Source of the DNA: Candidatus Krumholzibacteriota bacterium
GTDB taxonomy: Bacteria > Krumholzibacteriota > Krumholzibacteriia > JAJRXK01
NCBI GenBank assembly: GCA_963727455.1
Contig: CAVSGG010000008.1
Location: 384,001-448,000, forward strand
Reading direction: 5' to 3'
Length of the DNA: 64,000 nucleotides
A model generated the notes under the pieces. It was not told the origin of the DNA, made no database searches, and saw only the letters and a list, made by a program, of their open reading frames with translations. Numbering within the stretch: position 1 is the first letter of the stretch; each line of letters starts with the position of its first letter. Below are positions 49,292-59,092 of the stretch, piece by piece. A program made the translations under genes and the position numbers.

Positions 49292-50413
49292 ATGCGGATC
49301 GTCTTGGTGGGACCAGCGAGCCCCTGGCGCGGCGGCATCGCCCATTTCAACGACCTCCTCGCGCGCGAACTCTCCAAATCCCACGAGACCTTCGTCCTGA
49401 GCTTCAAGCGCCAATATCCCAAGCTCCTTTTCCCGGGGAAGTTTCAGAAACATCCGGCCGAAGCCAGCCTCGACGTGGGAGCCGAATCTCTCATCGATTC
49501 CATCGGGCCTTGGAGCTGGTTCACAGCGGCAAGGCGCGTCCGGGAGCTATCGCCCGAGCTATTGGTCTTCCGCTACTGGATGCCCTTTTTCGCACCCTGC
49601 TTCGGCTCGATTCTACGCGGCGCGGTGCGACACGGGAAGCCCGAGAGCGTGGTGATCGCCGACAACGTGATCCCCCACGAACGACGCCCCCTGGACGGGC
49701 TCTTCACTCGCTGGTTCTTTTCGCGAGCGGATCGCTTCGTGGTGATGACGAAAGCCGTGGGCGAGGATCTGCTGCGGGTGCGTCCCGATGCGCGCGTCGA
49801 TCTCGTCCCTCATCCCCTCTACGGGCAGTTCGGGAACGCTATCGATCGGCAAGAAGCTCGACGACGGCTCCTGCTGCCTCCCGATGCCGAACTCATGCTC
49901 TTCTTCGGCTTCATCCGCCCTTACAAGGGCTTGGATACTCTGCTGCGGGCGATGCCGGCCATCCGGGCCGCCCGTCCCCGCGCGCAGCTCATGGTGGTGG
50001 GCGAGTTCTACTCCCAGGAAGCGCGCATTCGAGAGCTCACCAGAGAGCTGGGACTGGAGGACTGTGTGTATTTCGTCTCCGAGTACGTTGCCAATGACCA
50101 GGTGGCGCCCTACTTCTCCGCGGCCGACGTGGTAGTGCTTCCCTATCACCATGCGACCCAAAGCGGCATCATTCCCGTGGCCTACCACATGGGCCGCCCC
50201 GTGGTGACCACCAGGGTCGGAGGACTGGCGGAAGTGATCGAGGACGAAAGAACCGGGATCCTGGTTCCCCCGGAGCGTGCCGACGCGCTGGCCGAGGCGT
50301 TGATTCGATTTTTCGCGGAATCTCTGGGGCCGTCGATGCAAGAGCACGTGGCCAGGGCACGAAAACTCTACACCTGGGAGCGCTTCGCTGCGGCGGTGTG
50401 TGGCAGGAGCTGA
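49292..50413 (+). CDS. Glycosyltransferase family 4
   Basis: PWRGGIAH, FFGFIRPYKGL, VLPYHHATQSG, VGGLAEVI. AGGAGG RBS. Confidence 0.93.
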   Translation: MRIVLVGPASPWRGGIAHFNDLLARELSKSHETFVLSFKRQYPKLLFPGKFQKHPAEASLDVGAESLIDSIGPWSWFTAARRVRELSPELLVFRYWMPFFAPCFGSILRGAVRHGKPESVVIADNVIPHERRPLDGLFTRWFFSRADRFVVMTKAVGEDLLRVRPDARVDLVPHPLYGQFGNAIDRQEARRRLLLPPDAELMLFFGFIRPYKGLDTLLRAMPAIRAARPRAQLMVVGEFYSQEARIRELTRELGLEDCVYFVSEYVANDQVAPYFSAADVVVLPYHHATQSGIIPVAYHMGRPVVTTRVGGLAEVIEDERTGILVPPERADALAEALIRFFAESLGPSMQEHVARARKLYTWERFAAAVCGRS

Positions 50414-50509
50414 GAGCAGAACTCAGAGGGCAGGTAGACGCGACGCGCGACAACACCAGGGGCTTGAACTTGCACGGACCTGGGGGGAATGAAACGAGCA
50501 GCCGCGCAC

Positions 50510-50992
50510 CTAGGAGCCGGCTGCTCGCTTTGCATCCAACTCTTCGCTCTGCAGTTTCTGCAGAATCGACCTGAGCCCCTGAGAAAGATCGAGCAATCTC
50601 TCGTCGGAGAGAATCTCCACCTGTCTCAAGAAGAACTCGTTCTCGAAGGGCACCAATCTCTGGATCGCCTTGGACCCGGCCGGCGTGGCCTTTACGCGAA
50701 ACGAACGACGATCATGGGGATCCGGGCGGCGTTCAATGAGACCTTTTTTTTCCAGACGCAGAATCATTCCCGTCATATTCTGTTTGCTGACACAGAGTCT
50801 ACGGCAAAGCTCGGTGGGGGTTAACCCATCAGCTTTGTCCTCGCGCTCCAGAAGCCCGAGCGTGAGCCACTGCGCTGATGTGATATCTGCGGTCTGACTT
50901 AGGGCGCCCCATCGTCGGTCGAAAAGATTGCTCACCCGCATCGCATCCAGCAGTGCGCGACGGGCAAGCGTCGGCCGATCGAGGGCTGACAT
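50510..50992 (-). CDS. MarR family transcriptional regulator
   Basis: ITSAQW, LEKKGLIER.PDPHDRRS...T..G. Confidence 0.9.
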   Translation of the reverse strand: MSALDRPTLARRALLDAMRVSNLFDRRWGALSQTADITSAQWLTLGLLEREDKADGLTPTELCRRLCVSKQNMTGMILRLEKKGLIERRPDPHDRRSFRVKATPAGSKAIQRLVPFENEFFLRQVEILSDERLLDLSQGLRSILQKLQSEELDAKRAAGS

Positions 50993-51113
50993 ACTACTTG
51001 CCTCCTCACGAGAGGATTGTCCGTGTCGAGCCTAAACCGCCGCCGCGCCCGCTGCAAGCGGCTTTTCCGCCCGAGCCCCCCGTCCATTGGCGAATAAAAT
51101 ACGAATATTTGAG

Positions 51114-51473
51114 TCAAGCGGGCTTCTCGTGCTTCGCCACCACCGTGGTGTGAATCCCGCCGCGCACATAGAAGTCGCCCTCCACTTCGATCGAAAGCGG
51201 ATCGAGCGCCGCCACGAGGTCGTCCAGGATGCGGTTGGTGACTTCCTCGTGGAACGCGCCCTCGTTGCGGTAGCTCCACAGATACAGTTTGAGCGATTTC
51301 AGCTCCACGCAGAGCTGATCCGGGCAGTAGCGGATCCGCATCGTGGCGAAGTCGGGCTGGCCGGTGCGCGGGCAGAGACAGGTGAACTCCGGCGCCTCGA
51401 AGCGGATTTCGTAGCGTCGGCCCACTCGCGGGTTCGCGAAGGTCTCGAGTTCTTTGGACGGAATGGTGGCCAC
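51114..51473 (-). CDS. queF: PreQ0 reductase (preQ1 synthase), type I
   Basis: [32 protein letters not shown]. Confidence 0.96.
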   Translation of the reverse strand: MATIPSKELETFANPRVGRRYEIRFEAPEFTCLCPRTGQPDFATMRIRYCPDQLCVELKSLKLYLWSYRNEGAFHEEVTNRILDDLVAALDPLSIEVEGDFYVRGGIHTTVVAKHEKPA

Positions 51474-51491
51474 GACGATCCTCCTTCAGCC

Positions 51492-51524
51492 AAGAGGAAA
51501 GGGGGAGCCGAAGCCCCCCCTCCC
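51492..51524 (-). terminator. Intrinsic terminator of the OMP gene
   Basis: GGGAGGGGGGGC-TTCG-GCTCCCCCTTTCCTCTT: GC stem, UUCG tetraloop, pyrimidine tail. Confidence 0.7.
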
Positions 51525-51572
51525 AACTCGCATCACGCAGCCGAGGCCGCGTGGACGAGACAATAGCCTTCT

Positions 51573-52766
51573 CTACCAGTTGAACCAGGCCGAGATCCAG
51601 GCGAAGGTGTTGCCACCGGTGGCTCCGTTGAGGAAGTAACCACTGTGGACGTGACCCTCGTCGAGAGCGAAGTCCAGCCCGAAGCTGTCCTTGTCGATCC
51701 CGAAACCGGTGGTCCAGGTATACTCGAAGGTGCGGTACTTGTCCGAAGCCGCCCCGTTCTCCTGGGTGACGAAGACGTAGGACGAGACAACACCGGTCCG
51801 GACCACGAACCAGTCGTTCATGTAGTACTCACCAGCCAGGTTGTAACCGGGCAGGATGAGGCCTTTGATCGACTGATCGTCGTCAGGCGTGCTCGAGTCG
51901 TTACCGTTCTCACCCTTGGCGTAGGACAGAGTCAGATAACCGGCGACCTCCCACTGACCGGGCGTACCGAAGACCGGACCGAAGCTGCCCCGGAAGTCGG
52001 TCTCTTTGAGATCGTCCTGGCCGTTGGCATCCGGGCTGATCTTCGCATAGGAGAATCCGCCCAGGTAACGCCAGTTCTGGCCCCACACGTTGTTCAGACG
52101 ACCGCGTGCGGTGAGATCGAAGTTCATGCTGCTGTAGTCCTGCGAGGGAGTCGGTGAAGTGTTATCGCTGTAGCTTCCGATCCCGAGCTCAGCCGCTAGG
52201 TCCAGATTCGCGCTGGGGCTGTAGCCCAGCTGGAATCCGAAGTCATTGAAGCTATTGTCGGGATTGACCGTTCCGGCTCCGTTGTCGGTCTTGTTGGCGT
52301 CCGCGACCCAGGAGAAGGCAATCCCGAAGGGCTTGCCGCTCAGGTCCGTGGACCAACCCAGGTCCCACCACTGCCAATTTCGGGCCTGCGTAGCGGTGGA
52401 ATAGAGCCCACCGGGCAGGGTCCCGAAAGTGGGCATGCGGTCAAATCCGCCCCAGGTGTACAGCGCCGTCCGCGCGGTGGCGTCCTGACGGCCCGTGCTG
52501 AAGCGGAAGGTGTTCTTCTCTCCCCCCCAGATCAACGAGGCGTTCCCATTCATGTTGTAACCGAAATTGCTGGGAGCAAGATCGATGATCGCCATGTTTT
52601 GGTACTGCCCGTAGAGCTGAGGGAACGCGAACATGTCGTCCGCGTCGTCGATAAAGTAGTTCCCGGCCAATGCCGAGCGACGGGCCGCGTTCGCGTTGGA
52701 CGCGATACCCACCACCAGCAGAGCCAGAGTTAGAAGCGCAAATGCGCGCCAGACAGGAGACTTCAT
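51573..52766 (-). CDS. Outer-membrane beta-barrel protein (porin-like)
   Basis: Signal peptide ending ANA, alternating aromatic/Gly beta-strands, terminal aromatic residue (WISAWFNW). Confidence 0.75.
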   Translation of the reverse strand: MKSPVWRAFALLTLALLVVGIASNANAARRSALAGNYFIDDADDMFAFPQLYGQYQNMAIIDLAPSNFGYNMNGNASLIWGGEKNTFRFSTGRQDATARTALYTWGGFDRMPTFGTLPGGLYSTATQARNWQWWDLGWSTDLSGKPFGIAFSWVADANKTDNGAGTVNPDNSFNDFGFQLGYSPSANLDLAAELGIGSYSDNTSPTPSQDYSSMNFDLTARGRLNNVWGQNWRYLGGFSYAKISPDANGQDDLKETDFRGSFGPVFGTPGQWEVAGYLTLSYAKGENGNDSSTPDDDQSIKGLILPGYNLAGEYYMNDWFVVRTGVVSSYVFVTQENGAASDKYRTFEYTWTTGFGIDKDSFGLDFALDEGHVHSGYFLNGATGGNTFAWISAWFNW

Positions 52767-52921
52767 ACCAGGTCGACTCCTCGTTACGTGCGAAGCACGT
52801 TTTCACGTTTGCCAGGCCACCAGGTTGTGCTGTGTGGAGTGCAGCCCAGCGACGCTTAGTTGAGGACAGCCTCCCTGCCGGCGCATGCGGGCGCACGGCG
52901 AGCTGTCCGACCGATCGCGGA

Positions 52922-52950
52922 ATTAGTACCGCAGCGAGTAAAAGTGTCAA
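52922..52950 (-). promoter_or_regulatory. Putative sigma70 promoter of the OMP gene
   Basis: Perfect TTGACA (52950-52945), then 16 nt, then TACTAAT (imperfect -10). Confidence 0.55.
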
Positions 52951-53081
52951 CGCAAAAATCGCGGTCAAGGTTTTGAGTCTGGTTAAATATTTACCAGCCG
53001 ATTCTGAGCTCGTTTCCGCACCTGAATTCGAGTTTGCGCAAGCTTGTGGTCCCCGTGCGCGTTTTCCCTTAGTCTCACGGG

Positions 53082-55280
53082 ATGAACGTTGAACCGGCCA
53101 CTTTTCCCCACGCTCCTCACGAGTCTTGGATGCGGCGATTTTTTCATCAGCATCGCGCGTGCCTTCTCGCGCTTTTCTTGGCTTGTTTGGCGGTGGGGGT
53201 CCGTGTCCCGCACCTCGGTTGGGGTCTACCCGACGTGGAAGAAGAGGCGCTGCCCATGAAGAAAGCGCTGGAGATGTGGGGATGGGACGAAGGGCATCTC
53301 CGTCTCGACCCGGAGACCGCAGGTTGGCCTTCCCTCTCCTTCTACATCCACCTCGGCGCGCAGAAGCTCCAGTACGGGGTCGGCCGGGTTCTCGGCATCT
53401 ATCATGACCGCTACGACTACGTCGTCGAGTGTGCTCTTGACCGGGGGCCCCTCGTGATCATCTCCCGTCTGATCGGCGTACTCTGCGCGGCTGTCGTGGT
53501 GTTTGTCGCCACGCGTTTGGCCTTTGGTCTGGGGGGAGGAGTCTCCGCTCTATTGAGCGGCGGGCTCTTGGCGCTTTCGCCCATGCTGGTTCGTCACGCC
53601 CAAATGGTGACCCCGGACATTCTCATGACCCTGTTTTCCGCCCTCGCCGTGGCGGAAATCCTGGCCGTCGCACGGCACGGACGCCGCCGCGACTACCTTC
53701 TTGCCGGAATCTTCATCGGCCTGGGAATCGCGTGCAAGTACACCCCCATCCTCTTCGCACTCAGCCTCTACCTGGTGCATCTGCAATCCCTTCGCGCGCG
53801 GGGGAAGAGTCTGCGCAAGGGGGGATTCGACGACCCCTCCTTGGGACTGGCCGCGCTCGGCTGTGTGCTGGCATTCGTCATCACGAGCCCGTACACCCTC
53901 ATCGATCTGACGGTCCTGAAGCGCGATTTTGCCTTCCAGATGCTTCATATGAGACGGGGGCACTTCGGCCAGGAGCATCAGGGGATTGGCGCTCTCTACT
54001 ACCTGCGCAGGGTCCTGCTTCCCGGTCTGGGAAGCGGTGGGTTACTCCTCAGCAGCGCCGGGTTGGTCCTGGCCAGCTGGAAGCTCGGTAGAATCTGGCG
54101 CAGCGTGGCCCTGTGTGCCCTCAGCTTCTTCGTGGGAATTGCCCTCCTGAATACTCGTTTTGAACGCTACATGCTGCCGCTGCTCCTCCCGCTCGCCCTG
54201 GGTTTGGCCGCCTGGCCCCCCCTGCTGCGCCACTGGATGAGCGAGGGTCGTAGAAGCCTGCAGAGGGCGCTGCTCTTGGGGATTGGACTCTTGGCGCTCG
54301 CCCCGGCCGCCTGGGGCACCTGGCAATACCACGAGCAAAGGGCACAGAAAGACACCCGCCAGATGGCGCTCGACTGGGCGATGAAGGATCTCCTCCCTTT
54401 GAATCCCGCTCTGGCCATGGAGGCCTATACCGCCAACCTCCCCACCGACTATACCGAACAGCTGTCCCGGCGCCCGTTCTTTGCGCGGCTCTCCAAGGCC
54501 CAGCAGACCCGCATTTTGGAACGAGCACAGTTCCGCGCAGACAAGATCCCGATGAATTCGGTGCAGGTGGAGTTGATCGCCTACTACTATGACCTGCGCC
54601 ATTTCCTTCCCTACGACTACATCGTCACCTCTTCCTCGGTACGCGGGCGCTACGAGGCCGATCCCAAGCGGTACCCGCGCCAGATTGCTTTCTATCGTGA
54701 TCTCAAGAACTACACGCAGATGGTGAAACGCTTTGCGCCGGAGGGGAACCGCAAGGGCCCGGAGATTCGTTTCTATCACTTCAGCGCCCAGGACAAGGCG
54801 CGTCTGGTGGCGGACAAGGGCACCTTCGATCCGGAAGACTACCTCCAGTTTTCGGATCAATTGCACGCGCCCCAGTTTTACGGCTTTGTCAGCTCCGTGG
54901 CCCAACGGGCACTGGAAGCGAAAATGTGGAAATTGGCCGCCGGAGAGCTGGACGTGATGATTCAGCTCTCGAAATCGGTCGAAATCACCCGGGCGACCCG
55001 GCTTCATCTGATCGAGAGAGCGGCCTTCGCCTACTTTCAGGAGGGCGAGTACGAGAAGAGCCTGGCGCGGAGTATGTTGTACTTGAAGGACGAACCGAAT
55101 TCCGCCGTGGTCCTGGGTTACCAGGCTCAGGCACTGGAAAAGCTGGGGGCAATCCAGGACGCGCTGCAAAGCTACCAGAAATGTGCGCAGGCCGCGGCGC
55201 AGCAAGGTAGACAGCCACAGTGGTATCAGTGGGCGCAGGAACGGATCGCGGAGCTCACCCAAAAGCTCAAGGGGAAGTGA
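53082..55280 (+). CDS. GT-C glycosyltransferase (ArnT/PMT family 39-like) with C-terminal TPR
   Basis: Acidic first loop WGLPDVEEE, many TMs, GIACKYTP, FERYMLPL, TPR-like tail. Start may be 53129. Confidence 0.82.
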   Translation: MNVEPATFPHAPHESWMRRFFHQHRACLLALFLACLAVGVRVPHLGWGLPDVEEEALPMKKALEMWGWDEGHLRLDPETAGWPSLSFYIHLGAQKLQYGVGRVLGIYHDRYDYVVECALDRGPLVIISRLIGVLCAAVVVFVATRLAFGLGGGVSALLSGGLLALSPMLVRHAQMVTPDILMTLFSALAVAEILAVARHGRRRDYLLAGIFIGLGIACKYTPILFALSLYLVHLQSLRARGKSLRKGGFDDPSLGLAALGCVLAFVITSPYTLIDLTVLKRDFAFQMLHMRRGHFGQEHQGIGALYYLRRVLLPGLGSGGLLLSSAGLVLASWKLGRIWRSVALCALSFFVGIALLNTRFERYMLPLLLPLALGLAAWPPLLRHWMSEGRRSLQRALLLGIGLLALAPAAWGTWQYHEQRAQKDTRQMALDWAMKDLLPLNPALAMEAYTANLPTDYTEQLSRRPFFARLSKAQQTRILERAQFRADKIPMNSVQVELIAYYYDLRHFLPYDYIVTSSSVRGRYEADPKRYPRQIAFYRDLKNYTQMVKRFAPEGNRKGPEIRFYHFSAQDKARLVADKGTFDPEDYLQFSDQLHAPQFYGFVSSVAQRALEAKMWKLAAGELDVMIQLSKSVEITRATRLHLIERAAFAYFQEGEYEKSLARSMLYLKDEPNSAVVLGYQAQALEKLGAIQDALQSYQKCAQAAAQQGRQPQWYQWAQERIAELTQKLKGK

Positions 55281-55989
55281 AGCCCGCCTTCAAGGAACCG
55301 AAAGAGCTGGTGTCCGCGGGCAGACCCTTGCTCAGGCCGTCCAGGTCGTAATGAACCCAGTCCCAGATGCTCGCGCCCATCGACGGACGGCTGGTCGCTC
55401 CCATGATGACCCGTCCCACCTCGAGGCGGCTGCCGCCTTTGGGCTTCACCAGAACGACTTGGGTCCCATCCAGCCAGACTCCCACCAGCTCGCCGCCAGG
55501 CTCCTCGCTGGAGTTCTTGACCAGCTTCACATTGTGGAATTCGTCGAAGAAATCGGCGTTCACAGTGGCGAGCCAGGACCATTTGCCCGCGGGATTCATC
55601 TCCACGAGCTCCATGCGGTCGGCAAAGAAGTGCAGAGCCACCTGGAGATTGGGACGCGAGAACTCGAGCACGCTTCCCTTGCCGTCGAAGTTGCTGAGCG
55701 CCTTCAGGCGGGCGCTCAGAACGAGTCGCGTGGAGGAGGTGATCTGCCCCAGGAGCGTCTGGAAGTACACCTGATCGTCGGAGCGATTGTCGTTGATGAG
55801 CAGACTGCCGTCATCCAGCAGGAGAGCAGCACCGTCTCCGATCCGGGTCCAGGGGTTGGTGGCTTGGTCCGGATAGGTACTCATCTGGTAGTCCCCGGTG
55901 GCAACTTTCTCCATCTGTGCGAAACAGACCAAGGGGCCGACTACCGAGAGTAAGGCGGTGAGAAGAGCGATGCGGGTGGGGAATCGCAC
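55267..55989 (-). CDS. Secreted beta-sandwich-like protein with an S[W/F]GxxK-type C-terminal tail
   Basis: GTG start at 55989 after GGGAGG, signal peptide, ends LPADTSSFGSLKAGFTSP. Confidence 0.7.
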   Translation of the reverse strand: MRFPTRIALLTALLSVVGPLVCFAQMEKVATGDYQMSTYPDQATNPWTRIGDGAALLLDDGSLLINDNRSDDQVYFQTLLGQITSSTRLVLSARLKALSNFDGKGSVLEFSRPNLQVALHFFADRMELVEMNPAGKWSWLATVNADFFDEFHNVKLVKNSSEEPGGELVGVWLDGTQVVLVKPKGGSRLEVGRVIMGATSRPSMGASIWDWVHYDLDGLSKGLPADTSSFGSLKAGFTSP

Positions 55990-56200
55990 AAATTCCTCCC
56001 AAGGGACTGGGCGTGGGTCATTCCTCGGAGACGAGTGTACCACGGATCCCATCCGGAGCAGGAAAGAAATCCTGATCCGGACTATTTTTGTCGCTATCGT
56101 GTGCCGTGTGCTCGAGGGGTTCCCCGTGCGCAGCTTGGCGCGTCGGCCGTCCCCCGTCAAGCGAGGAAGTGATGAAATTGAGGAACATCCTTTGTGTACT

Positions 56201-56216
56201 TGGTACGCGAAGTGCT
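56201..56216 (+). promoter_or_regulatory. Possible sigma54 promoter of the NlpC/P60 gene
   Basis: TGGTACG-CGAA-GTGCT (GG-N10-GC), about 47 bp upstream of ATG 56263. Confidence 0.4.
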
Positions 56217-56262
56217 TTCCTGCGGAGTGGAATGCGACCCAATGCTGCCCTGGAATTCCGTC

Positions 56263-56835
56263 ATGAGAAAACTCGCGCCCATTCGTATCGCACGCCTCTT
56301 TCCGCTGCTGGCGCTCACCCTCCTGGCCGCCTGCGCTGGCCCTCCCCACAAGTCCGTCCTGCAGAGCGATCCGGAGCAGACCGTCTCTCCACCTGCTGAG
56401 AGCGCGCAGGGCGGGAGTGAAGCCTCGCGATCGCCAGAGCCGCTGCCCTCGAGCAGCCAGGAGGAGGTGCGCGCGCTCTTGCACACCGCGCGCTCGTACC
56501 TCGGGGCTCCGTATCGCTACGGTGGAGAAAGCGCGCGTGGCTTCGACTGTTCGGGGCTGGTGCGGAGCGTGTTTTCGCAGTTGGGGATCGAGCTTCCCCG
56601 TTCCTGCGCAGCCCAGGCGCAGCGCGGACTTCCGGTCGCGCGCACACAACTCGCGGCGGGAGATCTGGTCTTCTTCGGACGCGCAAAGGGAGCGCCCACC
56701 CATGTCGGGATCTACGAGGGGAAGAACCGCTTCATCCACGCCAGCACGGGCAAGGGTCGCGTGAGGCGCGACAGCCTTCAGGAGAGCTGGTTCGCGCGCC
56801 ACTATCGCGGCGCGCGTAGAATTCCCCTTCCCTAG
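56263..56835 (+). CDS. NlpC/P60 (C40) peptidoglycan endopeptidase lipoprotein
   Basis: LAAC lipobox, PYRYGG...GFDCSGLV, GDLVFF, HVGIY, FIHAS. Confidence 0.95.
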   Translation: MRKLAPIRIARLFPLLALTLLAACAGPPHKSVLQSDPEQTVSPPAESAQGGSEASRSPEPLPSSSQEEVRALLHTARSYLGAPYRYGGESARGFDCSGLVRSVFSQLGIELPRSCAAQAQRGLPVARTQLAAGDLVFFGRAKGAPTHVGIYEGKNRFIHASTGKGRVRRDSLQESWFARHYRGARRIPLP

Positions 56836-56847
56836 CCAAGCCTCCGC

Positions 56848-58803
56848 TCAGAGTCCCGATGCCGCGGTCACGATCTGATCGCTTCCGTTGCAACTGAACA
56901 GAAGGTTGCGCGTGCCATCGCGCGCCCAGATTGCATGCCCGGGTCCTTGGCAACCGCCAGGGGCCGAAGTGGTGATGTTCGAGAGCACACTTCCGTCGCT
57001 GTCGATGAGGGTAACGGTATAGGTGTTGTCATTGTATCCGGTGCTGCACACCGCCACCGTCCCATCCCCCAGATCCAAGAGGTCAATCCCGATCGGACCG
57101 TCGCCGACGAGAACGTTCCGGACGACACTCGCGGTCGTGCCTCCATCCCAGAGCACGATCGTCAGGTCGTCGCTCTCGAAGTTGCTGACCACCGCGATCT
57201 GAGCTGCCGCGCGCACCCGTCGCGGACCGTCGCCCACCTCGCCCACGAGGCTCGCCGAGCCGCTGCCGTCGTGAGGATGCAGGTAAAGCTTGCCCGGCGT
57301 GCCATCGGCCACCACCAGCACGGGAGCGTCGATGGCATTCGAGAATGCGCTCACCAGGTGGCCGGGCAAGGGCGCGGGAAACTCGCTCTCGAGCAGAGCG
57401 GGGCTCCCCGCGGTAAACCCGTCGTTCACGGGATCATAGTTTTTGAAACCCACTTGGTTGTAGCTGAAGTTCACGTACACGAGACCCTCGCTAATGGTCT
57501 TGTTTCCGTAGCTGACCGCATCGGTCACGTTGGAGTTGTACGCCGCGTACTGCAGCTGGCCCCACTGCTCTGTCGCGGCGTCGTATTGGGTGATCCTGGC
57601 GTCGTTGGGCCCGAAGGCGAAGAACGCGTCGACATAGCCCGCCTGCTTCTGACTGGAGGTGTGGGAGAGCGGAAGCGCGCCGTAGCTCGCGAGGTTCGCC
57701 AGCAGGAAGGCGTTCAGCAGGGCGGTACCGTCGTGTGGATCGAGGACGGCCCAGCCGTTGGTCCCGGCCAACACCACCATGAAAACGGCGGCCAGAAGCC
57801 CGGCAAACGCGGGGCGCACGCGAAACAGGCCTTCCGGTGCGGTAACCGGGGCATCGGCCACCCCCACTTCACTCGTGTCGCCTCCTCCCCCCGCACAGTC
57901 GATGCTCAGCTTGAAGAAGACCGTATAGGTTCCGGTACCCGAGAGCGTCTCCGACAGGCGGTAATCGGAAAAGACTACGGCCGCCGCCAGAGTGCCGGCG
58001 GCGTCCGCGTTGCAGGTGCAGGTGTAGGACTGCAGGGAGCTCATGATCTCCGGGGTAGCGGCGTCCAGCTGTCCCAGTCCCTTCTCCACCTCGCCCGAAT
58101 AGCTGAGTAGGTTGCCGGACACGAGAGCGCAACGATCCTCGAATGTCGCCGTTCCCTCGAATTGCGAGCCCTCGTGCCGGTTGACGAAAAGAACCGGAGC
58201 AAAGGGACCGCCGCAGGGCACCGGCGAGGGGATCCCGTCGAGGCCTGCGCTCACCGCTACCTTCTCCAGGATTCCATACACTGCGGTGCCATACGCTTGG
58301 AGGGTGACCTGCTCGGTATGGCTATCGCCGTCCAGGAGCATCTCCTGGGAATCCAGCACCACGGGGTCACCACCGCTCTCGCGCAGGACGGCAAGCAAAG
58401 TGGGGATATCCGCTGGAAGGCCGTCCGTCTTGATGTTCGAAGGCGCCGGGATGCGATAGCTGAGGGTCGCTGGCTTGAGGAAGTCCAGGGCCTCGGGTTC
58501 CACCCGGTAGGCGAGTTCCGCTCCCTCTGCGAACAGGGAATTCGGCAGCTCTCCCCCGGTGAGCTTGGTGATCGAGATGCTGGTGGTCTGAACCAGGGCC
58601 CCATCGGGGATCGTCAGGATGAGTCGGCCGTCCGCCGAGCTGATGGTGCCGCCGGTGGGGTCGACGACCACGATCACCGGAGCCTCTCCGGAGTCTGCGG
58701 GGCTGGCACTGTCCTCCGAGCAGCCGGGAAACAGCGCCGCCGCCAGAAGCAGGGCCAGCAGCTGTGGAAGACACAATCGAAACCGACAATTCGGGCGAGA
58801 CAC
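56848..58803 (-). CDS. Lipoprotein with ZU5-like N-terminal domain and C-terminal beta-propeller-like repeats
   Basis: FPGC lipobox, GGTISSADG.LILTIPDGAL, repeats VGDGPRRV / VGDGPIGI. GTG start at 58803 after GGAGG. Confidence 0.7.
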   Translation of the reverse strand: MSRPNCRFRLCLPQLLALLLAAALFPGCSEDSASPADSGEAPVIVVVDPTGGTISSADGRLILTIPDGALVQTTSISITKLTGGELPNSLFAEGAELAYRVEPEALDFLKPATLSYRIPAPSNIKTDGLPADIPTLLAVLRESGGDPVVLDSQEMLLDGDSHTEQVTLQAYGTAVYGILEKVAVSAGLDGIPSPVPCGGPFAPVLFVNRHEGSQFEGTATFEDRCALVSGNLLSYSGEVEKGLGQLDAATPEIMSSLQSYTCTCNADAAGTLAAAVVFSDYRLSETLSGTGTYTVFFKLSIDCAGGGGDTSEVGVADAPVTAPEGLFRVRPAFAGLLAAVFMVVLAGTNGWAVLDPHDGTALLNAFLLANLASYGALPLSHTSSQKQAGYVDAFFAFGPNDARITQYDAATEQWGQLQYAAYNSNVTDAVSYGNKTISEGLVYVNFSYNQVGFKNYDPVNDGFTAGSPALLESEFPAPLPGHLVSAFSNAIDAPVLVVADGTPGKLYLHPHDGSGSASLVGEVGDGPRRVRAAAQIAVVSNFESDDLTIVLWDGGTTASVVRNVLVGDGPIGIDLLDLGDGTVAVCSTGYNDNTYTVTLIDSDGSVLSNITTSAPGGCQGPGHAIWARDGTRNLLFSCNGSDQIVTAASGL

Positions 58804-58904
58804 GGGGTACCTCCAGGGCGTGCCCGTCGGCGCTGCCTCGGCCAATCGCTTCCGCGGGGAGACCGTGGGCCCTGGGTTCCTCGCCAAGGAGACGTCGACG
58901 ATCA

Positions 58905-58929
58905 GAGAATGAAAACGTATTTCATTTTC
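58905..58929. promoter_or_regulatory. AT-rich inverted repeat, Fur-box-like operator
   Basis: AATGAAA-ACGTA-TTTCATT (58908-58926) in a GC-rich context, about 105 bp upstream of the lipoprotein gene. Confidence 0.55.
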
Positions 58930-59092
58930 ATACTTTAGCAGAGATTGGCTTCCGAGGTCCATGACCATCGGCGTGGAGTGGAGTGTCCTGGGAGGAATGC
59001 AAAGACCGGGAGTCGAAGCGACGCAAGGAAAACCGCCAGGGAGCGCGGTGCCGGTGCCGCGATCCTCGCCGTCTCGTCGAAGTTCGTTGCGC

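Noticed and set aside
51474-51572. PreQ1 riboswitch upstream of queF
   Set aside because: No preQ1 aptamer consensus or A-rich tail; the hairpin is better explained as the OMP terminator.
55990-56802. N-terminal extension of the 511-aa minus ORF
   Set aside because: Antisense to the NlpC/P60 gene; the real start with signal peptide is at 55989.
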